Positions 9,800 through 19,214 of a stretch of DNA of 64,000 nucleotides are shown here, piece by piece; position 1 is the first letter of the stretch, and each line of letters opens with the position of its first letter. The DNA is from Escherichia coli (GTDB lineage Bacteria > Pseudomonadota > Gammaproteobacteria > Enterobacterales > Enterobacteriaceae). The translations under genes and the position numbers were made by a program. Where the stretch lies: NCBI RefSeq assembly GCF_003334765.1, contig NZ_QOWT01000005.1; one strand, given 5' to 3'. Below the pieces are notes generated by a model. It made no database searches and was not told the origin of the DNA. It saw nothing but the letters and a program-made list of their open reading frames with translations.

Positions 9800-11149
9800 T
9801 TGGCGGGTTTTAACATCAAACATTGGTTTGCAGATGGCGCGTTTCGCACCATTATTCGCAATAGCGCCTGGTTAGGCTCCAGTAATGTCGTGAGCGCTTT
9901 ACTGGGTCTGTTGGCGCTCTCGTGTGCCGGTAAAGGGATGACGCCCGCCATGTTTGGCGTACTGGTGATTGTACAATCGTACGCCAAGTCGATCAGCGAT
10001 TTTATTAAGTTTCAGGCATGGCAGCTGGTGGTTCAGTACGGAACACCAGCATTAACCAACAATAATCCGCAGCAATTCCGCAATGTCGTCTCATTTTCCT
10101 TCTCGCTGGATATCGTCAGCGGCGCGGTGGCGATTGTCGGCGGCATTGCCTTACTCCCTTTTCTTTCCCATTCATTAGGTCTGGATGACCAAAGCTTTTG
10201 GCTGGCAGCGCTGTATTGCACGCTCATTCCTTCAATGGCTTCCTCCACGCCGACCGGCATTCTGCGTGCGGTAGATCGCTTCGATCTAATTGCTGTACAG
10301 CAAGCGACGAAACCTTTTCTGCGCGCAGCGGGGAGCGTCGTAGCCTGGTATTTTGACTTTGGTTTTGCGGGTTTTGTTATTGCCTGGTACGTGTCGAATC
10401 TGGTTGGCGGCACCATGTACTGGTGGTTTGCCGCGCGCGAATTACGCCGCAGAAATATCCATAACGCCTTCAAATTGAATCTGTTTGAGTCTGCCCGACA
10501 CATTAAAGGCGCGTGGAGTTTTGTCTGGTCAACCAACATTGCCCACTCCATCTGGTCGGCGCGTAACTCGTGCAGCACAGTGCTGGTGGGGATCGTGTTA
10601 GGACCCGCTGCCGCCGGGTTATTTAAAATCGCCATGACATTCTTCGACGCCGCCGGAACGCCAGCGGGTTTACTGGGCAAAAGTTTTTACCCAGAGGTGA
10701 TGCGTTTAGATCCGCGCACCACCAGACCGTGGTTGTTAGGCGTGAAGTCAGGTTTACTGGCGGGCGGAATCGGTATTCTGGTGGCGCTCGCGGTGTTGAT
10801 CGTCGGCAAGCCGCTTATTTCGCTGGTGTTTGGCGTTAAGTATCTCGAAGCGTATGACCTGATTCAGGTGATGCTGGGCGCAATTGTGATTTCGATGCTG
10901 GGCTTCCCACAGGAGTCATTGCTATTGATGGCGGGAAAACAGCGCGCTTTTCTCGTGGCGCAAACCATCGCCTCAATCGGCTACATCGTATTGCTGTTCA
11001 TGTTCTGTCATCTGTTTGGCGTGCTGGGAGCAGCGTTTGCTTATTTCGGTGGGCAATGTCTGGATGTGGTGCTCTCGTTAATTCCGACCTTAAAGGCATT
11101 TTTTCAGCGCCATTCCTTGCTTTATAACGCAGCCGGAGAGAAATCCTGA
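9800..11149 (+). CDS. yghQ: MOP-superfamily (Wzx/MurJ-like) polytopic membrane flippase, full length (449 aa with TTG start; start uncertain)
   Basis: Highly hydrophobic multi-TM protein. Position after yghR matches yghQ. It is longer than the K-12 product as I recall it. Confidence 0.75.
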   Translation: MAGFNIKHWFADGAFRTIIRNSAWLGSSNVVSALLGLLALSCAGKGMTPAMFGVLVIVQSYAKSISDFIKFQAWQLVVQYGTPALTNNNPQQFRNVVSFSFSLDIVSGAVAIVGGIALLPFLSHSLGLDDQSFWLAALYCTLIPSMASSTPTGILRAVDRFDLIAVQQATKPFLRAAGSVVAWYFDFGFAGFVIAWYVSNLVGGTMYWWFAARELRRRNIHNAFKLNLFESARHIKGAWSFVWSTNIAHSIWSARNSCSTVLVGIVLGPAAAGLFKIAMTFFDAAGTPAGLLGKSFYPEVMRLDPRTTRPWLLGVKSGLLAGGIGILVALAVLIVGKPLISLVFGVKYLEAYDLIQVMLGAIVISMLGFPQESLLLMAGKQRAFLVAQTIASIGYIVLLFMFCHLFGVLGAAFAYFGGQCLDVVLSLIPTLKAFFQRHSLLYNAAGEKS

Positions 11150-11973
11150 TGATGAGAAAATATTTCCCGCTTGAGGCGAGCGAGCGTCTATTTGTTGCAG
11201 TTGAAGAAGATGATGTCGTTGATGCACAGGTCAGTTTGCCGCCGACTATCGCACTAAGTTGTACCACCGAAATCATCCATGATAATTACGCGTTATGCCT
11301 GCAATTCTGGCTCAATGGCGTCAATCGCCAGGAGTTACTGCGTTTAATATGCAAACAGGCCAAAGGCGATGAGTTGACTGCTGATGAGCGCAAACAATTT
11401 AAATACATGCGAGCGCGCTACAAGCACCTGCGTTTTGCGCAACGGCTGTATTTAAAGAAGCATCAGGCCGGATTTTTATTCGGCAAAACGACCGTTTTTT
11501 TGGGGCGTTTTCAGGACGGTTTTCGTAACGGTAAGAAAAATATTGTGTCGTATTACGGCAACTTGTTACGGGTTTATTTAAGCTCTCCGGTCTGGTCGTT
11601 GGTGAACTATTCATTACGCCATAGCCAGTTAGAAAGCGTAAGCGGTTTTATTGCCTATCGGCAAAAGCAAATGCATACCCTGAAAGAGATAATTGCCAAA
11701 CCGCGACTAACCGGCAGGGAATTTCATGATGTGCGAAAAATCATCAGCCAGCAGGTTTCTTATTACGACACCTTAAGATCGCTTGATCCTGAAAATAAAG
11801 AGGCGTTACAGATTTCCCGCTTCCTCGCCGCCATTAATGGCCTGATGGGGGATAAACACGACGACATGGTGGCGGATGATATGGAAAACCGCCAGTCGTA
11901 TGATGCACCGGTGGCGCTGGATAGCGATATTCGCCAGCGCTTAGAGCTGCTGATTTCGCGTTTTCCGCTATAA
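11149..11973 (+). CDS. hypothetical soluble protein (274 aa), no recognisable family
   Basis: The ATG overlaps the yghQ stop (TGATG), suggesting translational coupling. Codon usage looks typical. I recognise no motifs. Confidence 0.6.
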   Translation: MMRKYFPLEASERLFVAVEEDDVVDAQVSLPPTIALSCTTEIIHDNYALCLQFWLNGVNRQELLRLICKQAKGDELTADERKQFKYMRARYKHLRFAQRLYLKKHQAGFLFGKTTVFLGRFQDGFRNGKKNIVSYYGNLLRVYLSSPVWSLVNYSLRHSQLESVSGFIAYRQKQMHTLKEIIAKPRLTGREFHDVRKIISQQVSYYDTLRSLDPENKEALQISRFLAAINGLMGDKHDDMVADDMENRQSYDAPVALDSDIRQRLELLISRFPL

Positions 11974-11981
11974 CCGGAGCA

Positions 11982-12545
11982 ATGATGTCATCTCGTTTGA
12001 TTATTGCGCTGATTATCATGCTCTTAGCCCAGGGTGTGCAGGCACACAATTTCGTCACTGGCAAAACGGTTACCCCCGTTTATATCCAGGAAGGCGGCGA
12101 GCTGCTTCTGAATAGCGACGACGAAATTCACTACCAAAAGTGGAACAGCACACAGCTGGCGGGAAAAGTCCGCATTATCCAGTATATCGCCGGGCGTAAG
12201 TCGGCGAAGAAAAAGAACTCACTGTTAATTAAAGCGGTTGAAGCGGCAAACTTTCCGCAGGATCGTTTTCAGCCCACCACCATTGTGAACACCGATGATG
12301 CCATCTTTGGTACTGGCTATTTTGTCGTTGGCAAAATCGAAAAAAATAAACGCCGCTATCCGTGGGCGCAATTCGTTATTGACGGCAATGGACTGGGACG
12401 CGTTGCCTGGCGGTTGCCGGAGCAGAGTTCAACCATTCTGGTGCTGAATAAAGACGGGCAAATTCAGTGGGCAAAGGACGGCAGCCTGACGCCGGAAGAG
12501 GTAGATCATGTCATTGCGCTGGCGCAGAAACTGATCAATGAATAA
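11982..12545 (+). CDS. YtfJ-family periplasmic protein (187 aa) with signal peptide
   Basis: Signal peptide MMSSRLIIALIIMLLAQGVQA|HN. Long collinear similarity to E. coli YtfJ as I recall it (WNS.QL.GKVR..Q.IAGR.SAK, TTIVNTDDAI, DKDG..QWAKDG.LTPEEV). GGAG SD 5 nt upstream. Confidence 0.8.
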   Translation: MMSSRLIIALIIMLLAQGVQAHNFVTGKTVTPVYIQEGGELLLNSDDEIHYQKWNSTQLAGKVRIIQYIAGRKSAKKKNSLLIKAVEAANFPQDRFQPTTIVNTDDAIFGTGYFVVGKIEKNKRRYPWAQFVIDGNGLGRVAWRLPEQSSTILVLNKDGQIQWAKDGSLTPEEVDHVIALAQKLINE

Positions 12546-12575
12546 AAAATTCAAAGGATTGAGGGTGTTAGTGAG

Positions 12576-13646
12576 ATGAAGCTGGTTGAACACTACATCA
12601 TGCGTGGTACGCGCCGTCTGGTGCTGATTATCGTCGGTTTTCTGATCTTTATTTTCGCCAGCTACTCCGCACAGCGTTATCTGACCGAAGCGGCAAATGG
12701 GACCTTAGCTCTTGATGTTGTGCTGGATATCGTTTTCTACAAAGTGCTGATTGCACTGGAGATGTTGTTACCTGTTGGTCTGTATGTGTCAGTTGGCGTG
12801 ACGCTAGGGCAGATGTATACCGACTCGGAAATTACCGCTATCTCTGCGGCGGGGGGCAGTCCGGGACGCTTGTACAAAGCCGTTCTTTATCTGGCGATAC
12901 CGCTAAGTATTTTTGTCACCCTTCTGTCGATGTATGGTCGGCCGTGGGCTTATGCGCAGATTTATCAACTGGAGCAACAGTCGCAGTCGGAGCTGGATGT
13001 TCGCCAGTTGCGGGCAAAGAAATTTAACACTAACGATAACGGACGAATGATCCTTTCGCAGACGGTTGATCAGGATAATAATCGCCTGACTGACGCGCTG
13101 ATTTATACTTCTACTGCCAATCGAACCCGCATTTTCCGCGCCCGTTCGGTTGATGTGGTTGACCCATCACCTGAGAAACCGACCGTTATGTTGCATAACG
13201 GGACCGCCTATCTTCTCGATCATCAGGGGCGTGACGACAACGAACAGATCTACCGTAATCTGCAATTACATCTGAATCCGCTGGATCAAAGCCCTAACGT
13301 CAAACGCAAAGCAAAATCGGTCACGGAGCTGGCGCGCTCCGCCTTTCCTGCCGATCATGCCGAACTGCAATGGCGACAAAGCCGTGGCCTGACAGCATTG
13401 TTGATGGCGCTGCTGGCCATTTCATTAAGTCGGGTAAAACCGCGGCAAGGGCGATTTTCAACGTTATTGCCACTGACGTTGCTGTTTGTTGCCATTTTTT
13501 ATGGCGGCGACGTCTGCCGTACGCTGGTGGCTAACGGTGCGATTCCCCTCATTCCTGGTTTGTGGTTAGTACCCGGACTCATGCTAATGGGCCTGCTGAT
13601 GCTGGTCGCACGCGACTTCTCTTTGCTGCAGAAATTTTCCCGATGA
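12576..13646 (+). CDS. LptF-like permease (YjgP/YjgQ family, 356 aa)
   Basis: Collinear with E. coli LptF: LGQMYTDSEITAISAAG vs LGKLYTESEITVMHACG, and AELQWRQS...SLSRVKPRQGRFSTLLP vs AELNWRIT...PLSVVNPRQGRVLSMLP. Confidence 0.85.
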   Translation: MKLVEHYIMRGTRRLVLIIVGFLIFIFASYSAQRYLTEAANGTLALDVVLDIVFYKVLIALEMLLPVGLYVSVGVTLGQMYTDSEITAISAAGGSPGRLYKAVLYLAIPLSIFVTLLSMYGRPWAYAQIYQLEQQSQSELDVRQLRAKKFNTNDNGRMILSQTVDQDNNRLTDALIYTSTANRTRIFRARSVDVVDPSPEKPTVMLHNGTAYLLDHQGRDDNEQIYRNLQLHLNPLDQSPNVKRKAKSVTELARSAFPADHAELQWRQSRGLTALLMALLAISLSRVKPRQGRFSTLLPLTLLFVAIFYGGDVCRTLVANGAIPLIPGLWLVPGLMLMGLLMLVARDFSLLQKFSR

Positions 13647-14722
13647 ATGTTTTCAGTCGCTATTTAATCCGTCATCTCTTTCTCGGTTTTGCCGCCGCCG
13701 CAGGGCTATTGCTGCCGCTTTTTACCACCTTCAACCTGATTAACGAACTGGATGATGTCAGCCCGGGCGGTTATCGCTGGACTCAGGCGGTGCTGGTGGT
13801 GCTGATGACCTTACCGCGTACACTGGTCGAACTTTCGCCGTTTATCGCATTATTGGGAGGGATTGTTGGCCTGGGGCAGTTATCGAAAAACAGTGAGCTT
13901 ACCGCCATTCGCAGCACTGGGTTTTCTATCTTCCGTATTGCACTGGTGGCGCTGGTTGCCGGGATATTGTGGACTGTTTCGTTAGGCGCGATAGATGAGT
14001 GGGTGGCGTCGCCATTGCAGCAACAGGCGCTGCAAATCAAATCGACTGCCACCGCGTTGGGGGAGGACGATGACATTACCGGCAATATGCTTTGGGCCAG
14101 GCGCGGTAATGAATTTGTGACGGTGAAATCGCTGAACGAGCAGGGCCAGCCTGTGGGCGTGGAGATATTTCATTATCGCGACGATCTCTCGCTCGAATCC
14201 TACATTTTTGCACGCAGTGCCTCCATTGAAGACGACAAAACGTGGATCCTGCATGGTGTGAATCATAAAAAATGGTTGAATGGCAAAGAAACGCTGGAAA
14301 CATCAGATAATCTTGCCTGGCAATCGGCCTTCACCAGTATGGATCTTGAAGAGTTATCGATGCCGGGGAATACTTTTTCTGTCCGTCAGCTTAATCATTA
14401 CATCCATTATTTGCAGGAAACCGGACAACCCAGCAGCGAATACCGCCTTGCACTGTGGGAAAAACTGGGGCAACCGATCCTGACCCTGGCGATGATTTTG
14501 CTGGCTGTGCCGTTCACCTTTAGCGCCCCGCGCTCGCCAGGGATGGGTAGCCGTCTCGCTGTAGGCGTCATCGTTGGCTTACTCACCTGGATCAGCTATC
14601 AAATCATGGTCAATCTGGGGTTGCTATTTGCGTTGAGTGCACCTGTTACCGCGCTCGGTTTACCGGTAGCGTTTGTGCTGATGGCGTTGAGCCTGGTGTA
14701 TTGGTATGACAGACAACATTAA
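13643..14722 (+). CDS. LptG-like permease (YjgP/YjgQ family, 359 aa)
   Basis: ATGA overlap with the preceding gene. KNSELTAIRSTGFS resembles the LptG coupling-helix QRSELVVMQASGF. The ORF-track upstream extension is rejected. Confidence 0.85.
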   Translation: MNVFSRYLIRHLFLGFAAAAGLLLPLFTTFNLINELDDVSPGGYRWTQAVLVVLMTLPRTLVELSPFIALLGGIVGLGQLSKNSELTAIRSTGFSIFRIALVALVAGILWTVSLGAIDEWVASPLQQQALQIKSTATALGEDDDITGNMLWARRGNEFVTVKSLNEQGQPVGVEIFHYRDDLSLESYIFARSASIEDDKTWILHGVNHKKWLNGKETLETSDNLAWQSAFTSMDLEELSMPGNTFSVRQLNHYIHYLQETGQPSSEYRLALWEKLGQPILTLAMILLAVPFTFSAPRSPGMGSRLAVGVIVGLLTWISYQIMVNLGLLFALSAPVTALGLPVAFVLMALSLVYWYDRQH

Positions 14723-14723
14723 A

Positions 14724-14750
14724 CCCGCCGTGGCGCAACACCACGGCGGG
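14724..14750. terminator. bidirectional terminator hairpin between convergent operons
   Basis: Perfect 10-bp GC stem cccgccgtgg / ccacggcggg with a 7-nt loop, placed exactly between the stops at 14722 (+) and 14757 (-). Confidence 0.75.
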
Positions 14751-14756
14751 CTCACA

Positions 14757-15929
14757 TTACTGCTTCAGAGTAGCAAATGCCTGAATGATGGCATCGATTT
14801 GCTCATGACTGTGGGCAGCGTTTACGCTACAGCGCAGCAGAGTGATGCCTGCAGGCGCGGCAGGTGGCAGGATAAGATTCACATAAACGCCCAGCGAAAT
14901 AAGCTCGCGCCAGATGCGTAAACCGTCCTCTTTCGAACCGATTATTACCGGCACTACCGGGCTAATATGTGAACTTAACTCATAACCCAGTTTTTGCAGA
15001 CCGTCATACAGATGGTTGGCGTTATCCATCAGCTTTTGCCGCAGCTCTGGTTGTGAGGCAATGGTTCTTAACGACGAGCGCACGGTCGCAATGCAGGACG
15101 GAGAAGGAGAGGCGGTAAAAATATACGGGCGGCTGCCGTAGCGCAACACTTCCATCGCTTCCGAACCGACAGCAAAACCGCCAATCGAGGCCAGACTTTT
15201 ACTGAAAGTACCAACGATAATATCCACATCATCTTCAACGCCAACGGCTTCAGCCAGTCCGCGCCCCGTTGCGCCTAACACGCCAAACGAATGCGCTTCA
15301 TCGACAATCAAATAACCACCGAGACGACGTTTGATATCAACAATTTCCGCTAACGGCGCAACGTCACCGAGCATGCTGTAGATGCCCTCAACGATGATAA
15401 TCGCCTCTTTCGCCCGTTCACCGAGGCGAACCATGCGCCGTTCCAGATCTTTAGCATCGTTATGGCGGAAACGAATAATTTCCGCGCCACCGAGAGAACA
15501 GGCGTCATAAATACTGGCGTGGCTGTCGGCATCCAGTAACACCACGGCGTTATGGTCGGCAAGTGCGCTGATGACGCCTAAATTAGCGGTATAACCGGTT
15601 GAAAAAACGATAGCGGTAGGGCGATTGAAAAACTCGGCAATCTCTTTCTCTAACGCCAGGTGCGGCGCATAACTGCCGTTTGCCATACGAGAACCGGTGG
15701 TGCCGGTGCCTTGGGCCGCTAACGCTGCCTGACCTTCGGCGATGGCATCATGATTAAAGGTTAAACCGAGATAATTATTGGTCCCGGCCAGAATCACTTT
15801 TTTATTGCCGATCCGACCTTCGGTGGCGGAATACACTTCATCAATACAGGTGCCAAACGGTGTTAACCCGTTGTCACTAAATTGCAGTCGCTCGCCAGCA
15901 AGGCGCGCATATTTATCGTATAGCCCCAT
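14757..15929 (-). CDS. PLP-dependent alpha-oxoamine synthase, serine-palmitoyltransferase-like (390 aa)
   Basis: VDEAHSFGVLGATGRG and GTFSKSLASIGGF (PLP lysine) are hallmark AOS-family strings. As I recall them, they are closest to bacterial Spt. Confidence 0.85.
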   Translation of the reverse strand: MGLYDKYARLAGERLQFSDNGLTPFGTCIDEVYSATEGRIGNKKVILAGTNNYLGLTFNHDAIAEGQAALAAQGTGTTGSRMANGSYAPHLALEKEIAEFFNRPTAIVFSTGYTANLGVISALADHNAVVLLDADSHASIYDACSLGGAEIIRFRHNDAKDLERRMVRLGERAKEAIIIVEGIYSMLGDVAPLAEIVDIKRRLGGYLIVDEAHSFGVLGATGRGLAEAVGVEDDVDIIVGTFSKSLASIGGFAVGSEAMEVLRYGSRPYIFTASPSPSCIATVRSSLRTIASQPELRQKLMDNANHLYDGLQKLGYELSSHISPVVPVIIGSKEDGLRIWRELISLGVYVNLILPPAAPAGITLLRCSVNAAHSHEQIDAIIQAFATLKQ

Positions 15930-16177
15930 TATTTATTCTCCAGCCATGGAAGTAGAGTTTCCATTAATTGCGCAGGGGTTTTGACATCCAGCAGAATATT
16001 AATAGGAATGGAAATATCGAATCTGTCTTCCAGCATCATTAAGAGATCCATCACTTTGATCGACTCCAGGCCAAGATCGTTGACGAGATCGCTGTCGGGC
16101 TTAATTTCCACACCGTTTTCGACCAAATCCTGTAAACAGGAAAGGATGTAATCCATTACTATTTCACGATTTACCAT
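15929..16177 (-). CDS. acyl carrier protein (82 aa)
   Basis: DLGLESIKVMDLLMMLEDRF is a phosphopantetheine-attachment motif. Its stop overlaps the downstream start (TAATG). Confidence 0.85.
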   Translation of the reverse strand: MVNREIVMDYILSCLQDLVENGVEIKPDSDLVNDLGLESIKVMDLLMMLEDRFDISIPINILLDVKTPAQLMETLLPWLENK

Positions 16178-16208
16178 AGAAACGTTAACACACCTTTAAA
16201 CAAGACAA

Positions 16209-17123
16209 TCAAAATAGCCCGTTGCGTAATGCGTGTTCCAGGCTAATCCCGGGAAACCAATTAATATCTTCAGAAATACGGTTATTACTTGCCGACCAGT
16301 CGGCATGGGTTAATTCACGGATTTTCGAACGAGTCAGCATCGGTTCTTTACCCGCCAGACGGCTCAACGCGGTACTGATATCCGCAAGGCAGGTGAGTAG
16401 CGGCAGAGGAATACCGACCATCCGCACGGAACCACAGCGGACATCGGCAACAAGCTGTTGGACACGTTGCCAGTCATAGCCTCCGGCGACGCCATCGCAT
16501 AATTCATAGGTTTGCGTCTGTACAGTTTCGGCGCTTAACCACTGACCCACTGCTTGCGCAAAATCGGTGACGTGCAGGAAAGAGAGCTGTGTCTCTGGCG
16601 TGCCAAGTCGTGGCAGCAGACCGCGCAGCATCCAGTCAAACAGCGGTTTTAACTCTTTATCGCCGGGACCATACACGGCTGTCGGGCGAAAAACGCCCAA
16701 CGTAATTTCGTCAGCCATTGCAGTCAGCCGTTGTTCGGCGACGTGTTTGGAATTTGCGTACCAGGAGAGTTCGGGATGGCGCGCCGCCAGCGAAGAGATA
16801 AACAGAAAACGTTGGCAAAAGCCGCTCTCTTTTGCCGTTTGCATCAGGCGCAGGCTGCCGTCAACGTTGCAGCGGGTAAAAATCTCTTCTTTGTGCCCGC
16901 GCACTTGCCCGGCGCAATGGACCACCGCGCTGGCTCCGGTAACCAGTTCGCTAAGCGAATGTGTATCTTCCAGCGAACCGCGCACCCAAGTGAGATTATC
17001 ATTGACGTGAGCGCGGGCAGTACGCGTCAATGCGCGAACGTGAAAGCCGCGGGCGAGCAGGTTATCAATAATATATTTACCGATAAACCCGGTAGCGCCC
17101 GTCACCGCGACAGTTTGATTCAT
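16209..17123 (-). CDS. NAD(P)-dependent epimerase/dehydratase-family (extended SDR) reductase (304 aa)
   Basis: Rossmann motif VTGATGFIGKYI and catalytic YANSK (YxxxK). Confidence 0.85.
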   Translation of the reverse strand: MNQTVAVTGATGFIGKYIIDNLLARGFHVRALTRTARAHVNDNLTWVRGSLEDTHSLSELVTGASAVVHCAGQVRGHKEEIFTRCNVDGSLRLMQTAKESGFCQRFLFISSLAARHPELSWYANSKHVAEQRLTAMADEITLGVFRPTAVYGPGDKELKPLFDWMLRGLLPRLGTPETQLSFLHVTDFAQAVGQWLSAETVQTQTYELCDGVAGGYDWQRVQQLVADVRCGSVRMVGIPLPLLTCLADISTALSRLAGKEPMLTRSKIRELTHADWSASNNRISEDINWFPGISLEHALRNGLF

Positions 17124-18844
17124 GCCAGGGACTCCTGCACATGAAGACTGGCAGCATAAGCCTTCTGATAACGTTTTTTCGCTTCCGCACGGGCAGGCTT
17201 GCCGGAGGATGTTCGGGGAATACTGTGGGGCGGCAACAGATCGATATCCGCGGTAACGCCAAATTCGCTTTGGATCCGTGCTGCCAGCGCGTGGATAAGC
17301 TGCCCGCGACGTTCTTCATCGCTGATCCGACACTGGATCTGCAAAATGATTTTTTCTTGGGCGGTAACAAAAGCAATCGCATCGCCAGAATGAATTTCCG
17401 GTTCCTGTTCCGCAATATATTCAATATCCTGCGGCCAGATATTACGGCCACGAATAATAATCAGATCTTTAATGCGTCCGGTGACATACAGATAACCGTC
17501 CAGCAGATAACCGAGGTCGCCGGTGTCTAACCAGCCCGTCGCGGCAATCTCGTCTTGTGAAATCTGGTCGCCAAAGTAACCGCTCATCAGGCTAGGGCCG
17601 GAGATGCAAATATGGCCTACCACACGTTCCGCGACAGGTATACCTGCTTCATTGCGGATTTCAATGCCATGTTCCGGCAACGCTTTACCGCAGTTGACGA
17701 AAGTCGATACGGCGCGTGTTTCAGCATCCGGCGCGACGGCTTTGCCCTGATATTCGAGGATGTCGCGATCCACTTCGTTAACCACAACCCCGGAAGCTTC
17801 ATCAGAGAAGCTGACAGCCAGCGCATTTTCTGCCAGTCCGTAGCACGGCATGAAAGTTTTATCGTCAAAGTTGACCTGACGGAAACATTCAGCGAATTGA
17901 TGGAGTTGTTCTGCGGAGATGGGTTCTGCACCAATACCAGCGACGCGCCAGCAGGAAAGATCCAGTTCAGCGAGATCTTTTTCATTCACGCGGCGCTGGC
18001 ACAATTCATAGCCAAACGGCGGCGCAACGGAAACGGTGCCGCGATTTTTACTGATCAATTTAAGCCATTGCAGAGGACGCATGGCAAAATCCTGAGTGCG
18101 CAAATAATCTACTGAGAGTTGCGTGGCGACGGGGGTCAGGAGAAAGCCGACCAGTCCCATATCATGGTAGAAAGGCAGCCAGGAGACGCAGCGGTCGCCA
18201 GGGCGTAATTTTATGCCATCGTGGCTTATAGCACGTAGATTAGCCATCACTTCGCGATGGGTGATAATGACGCCACGGGGAAAACGGGTGCTGCCGGAGG
18301 TGTACTGGAGGTAGGCGATATCGTTCGGAACTGGACGCTGGAGCGCAACATCGGCTTCCGGTAATGCCTTAAACCAGGCGTGGCTTAAAACATGTAATTC
18401 GGGGTTGTTGTTATGCGTCGCGGCATTGACCAGTGGCAACCACTCATCACCAGTGATAATGGCTGCGGGCTGGCAACTTGCCAGTAAACCCTGCAGCTTG
18501 CCGCTCCAGGAATCCCGCTGACCGACGCCCATGGGAATCGCCAACGGGACGGCGACTAAGCCGGCATACTGGCAGGCAAAAAAAGCCTCTACGAACCCGC
18601 TACTGGTTTCGGCAATCAGTGCCACGCGATCGCCTTTTTTCAGGTTTAGCGATAACAACCGCTTCGCACCAGCTTCGGCACGCGCTTTTAACGTCTGATA
18701 TTCCAGTTGATCTTCAAGTTGGCAACGTCTGTCATAAAAATTCATTCCAGCGCTACTCAGAGCGGCATAGTCCAAAGCATCAACCAGCGTTGGAAAATCG
18801 GCATAGCGCATAGGTAGGGAATGCGTAAAGATTTTATTAGACAT
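17120..18844 (-). CDS. fatty acyl-AMP ligase / acyl-ACP synthetase-type adenylating enzyme (574 aa from ATG 18844; TTG alternative at 18871)
   Basis: AMP-binding core LQYTSGSTRFPRGV and GRIKDLIIIRGRNIWPQDIE. ATGA overlap with the SDR gene. Confidence 0.85.
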   Translation of the reverse strand: MSNKIFTHSLPMRYADFPTLVDALDYAALSSAGMNFYDRRCQLEDQLEYQTLKARAEAGAKRLLSLNLKKGDRVALIAETSSGFVEAFFACQYAGLVAVPLAIPMGVGQRDSWSGKLQGLLASCQPAAIITGDEWLPLVNAATHNNNPELHVLSHAWFKALPEADVALQRPVPNDIAYLQYTSGSTRFPRGVIITHREVMANLRAISHDGIKLRPGDRCVSWLPFYHDMGLVGFLLTPVATQLSVDYLRTQDFAMRPLQWLKLISKNRGTVSVAPPFGYELCQRRVNEKDLAELDLSCWRVAGIGAEPISAEQLHQFAECFRQVNFDDKTFMPCYGLAENALAVSFSDEASGVVVNEVDRDILEYQGKAVAPDAETRAVSTFVNCGKALPEHGIEIRNEAGIPVAERVVGHICISGPSLMSGYFGDQISQDEIAATGWLDTGDLGYLLDGYLYVTGRIKDLIIIRGRNIWPQDIEYIAEQEPEIHSGDAIAFVTAQEKIILQIQCRISDEERRGQLIHALAARIQSEFGVTADIDLLPPHSIPRTSSGKPARAEAKKRYQKAYAASLHVQESLA

Positions 18845-19214
18845 ATACACCACGAAAAAATTGGATATCAAAAATAAAATGACAATAATGCGGTGGATTA
18901 TATAGGCATAAAAGATAAATGAGATAGTATTTTCATCAGTGTGAAAATGAACATTGATTTAAATAATGAATTTGAGTTTTTTGTTTTTATTGTGAATGAT
19001 ATTTAATTTATGAATATATTAAGAAGGAGCCTTGTCCGGTCGCCTTAAATCGACAAAAGGCATTGTGGCGCTTCTGTGTAGTCTCTGACCTTATCGTAAT
19101 CATTAATAAATACTATTTATTCGTCGTTTGTATTCATTGGGTTGATTATTAAGGTGCCGTTCGTTGCTGTTGCAACCTGTTTGTCACCGTTAATTATTTG
19201 TTACCCACAGAACT
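18845..19214. promoter_or_regulatory. AT-rich divergent promoter region (lipid operon / yghO)
   Basis: 370-bp strongly AT-rich spacer between divergent starts. No sites were mapped. Confidence 0.4.

Noticed and set aside
10033-10680. 215-aa ORF antisense to yghQ
   Set aside because: Shadow frame of a membrane-protein gene.
11467-11490. AGFLFGKT in the 274-aa orphan matches the loose P-loop pattern [AG]x4GK[ST]
   Set aside because: There is no preceding hydrophobic strand, no Walker B and no ABC signature. This is probably a chance match, so I do not propose it as the missing ATPase for the Lpt-like permeases.
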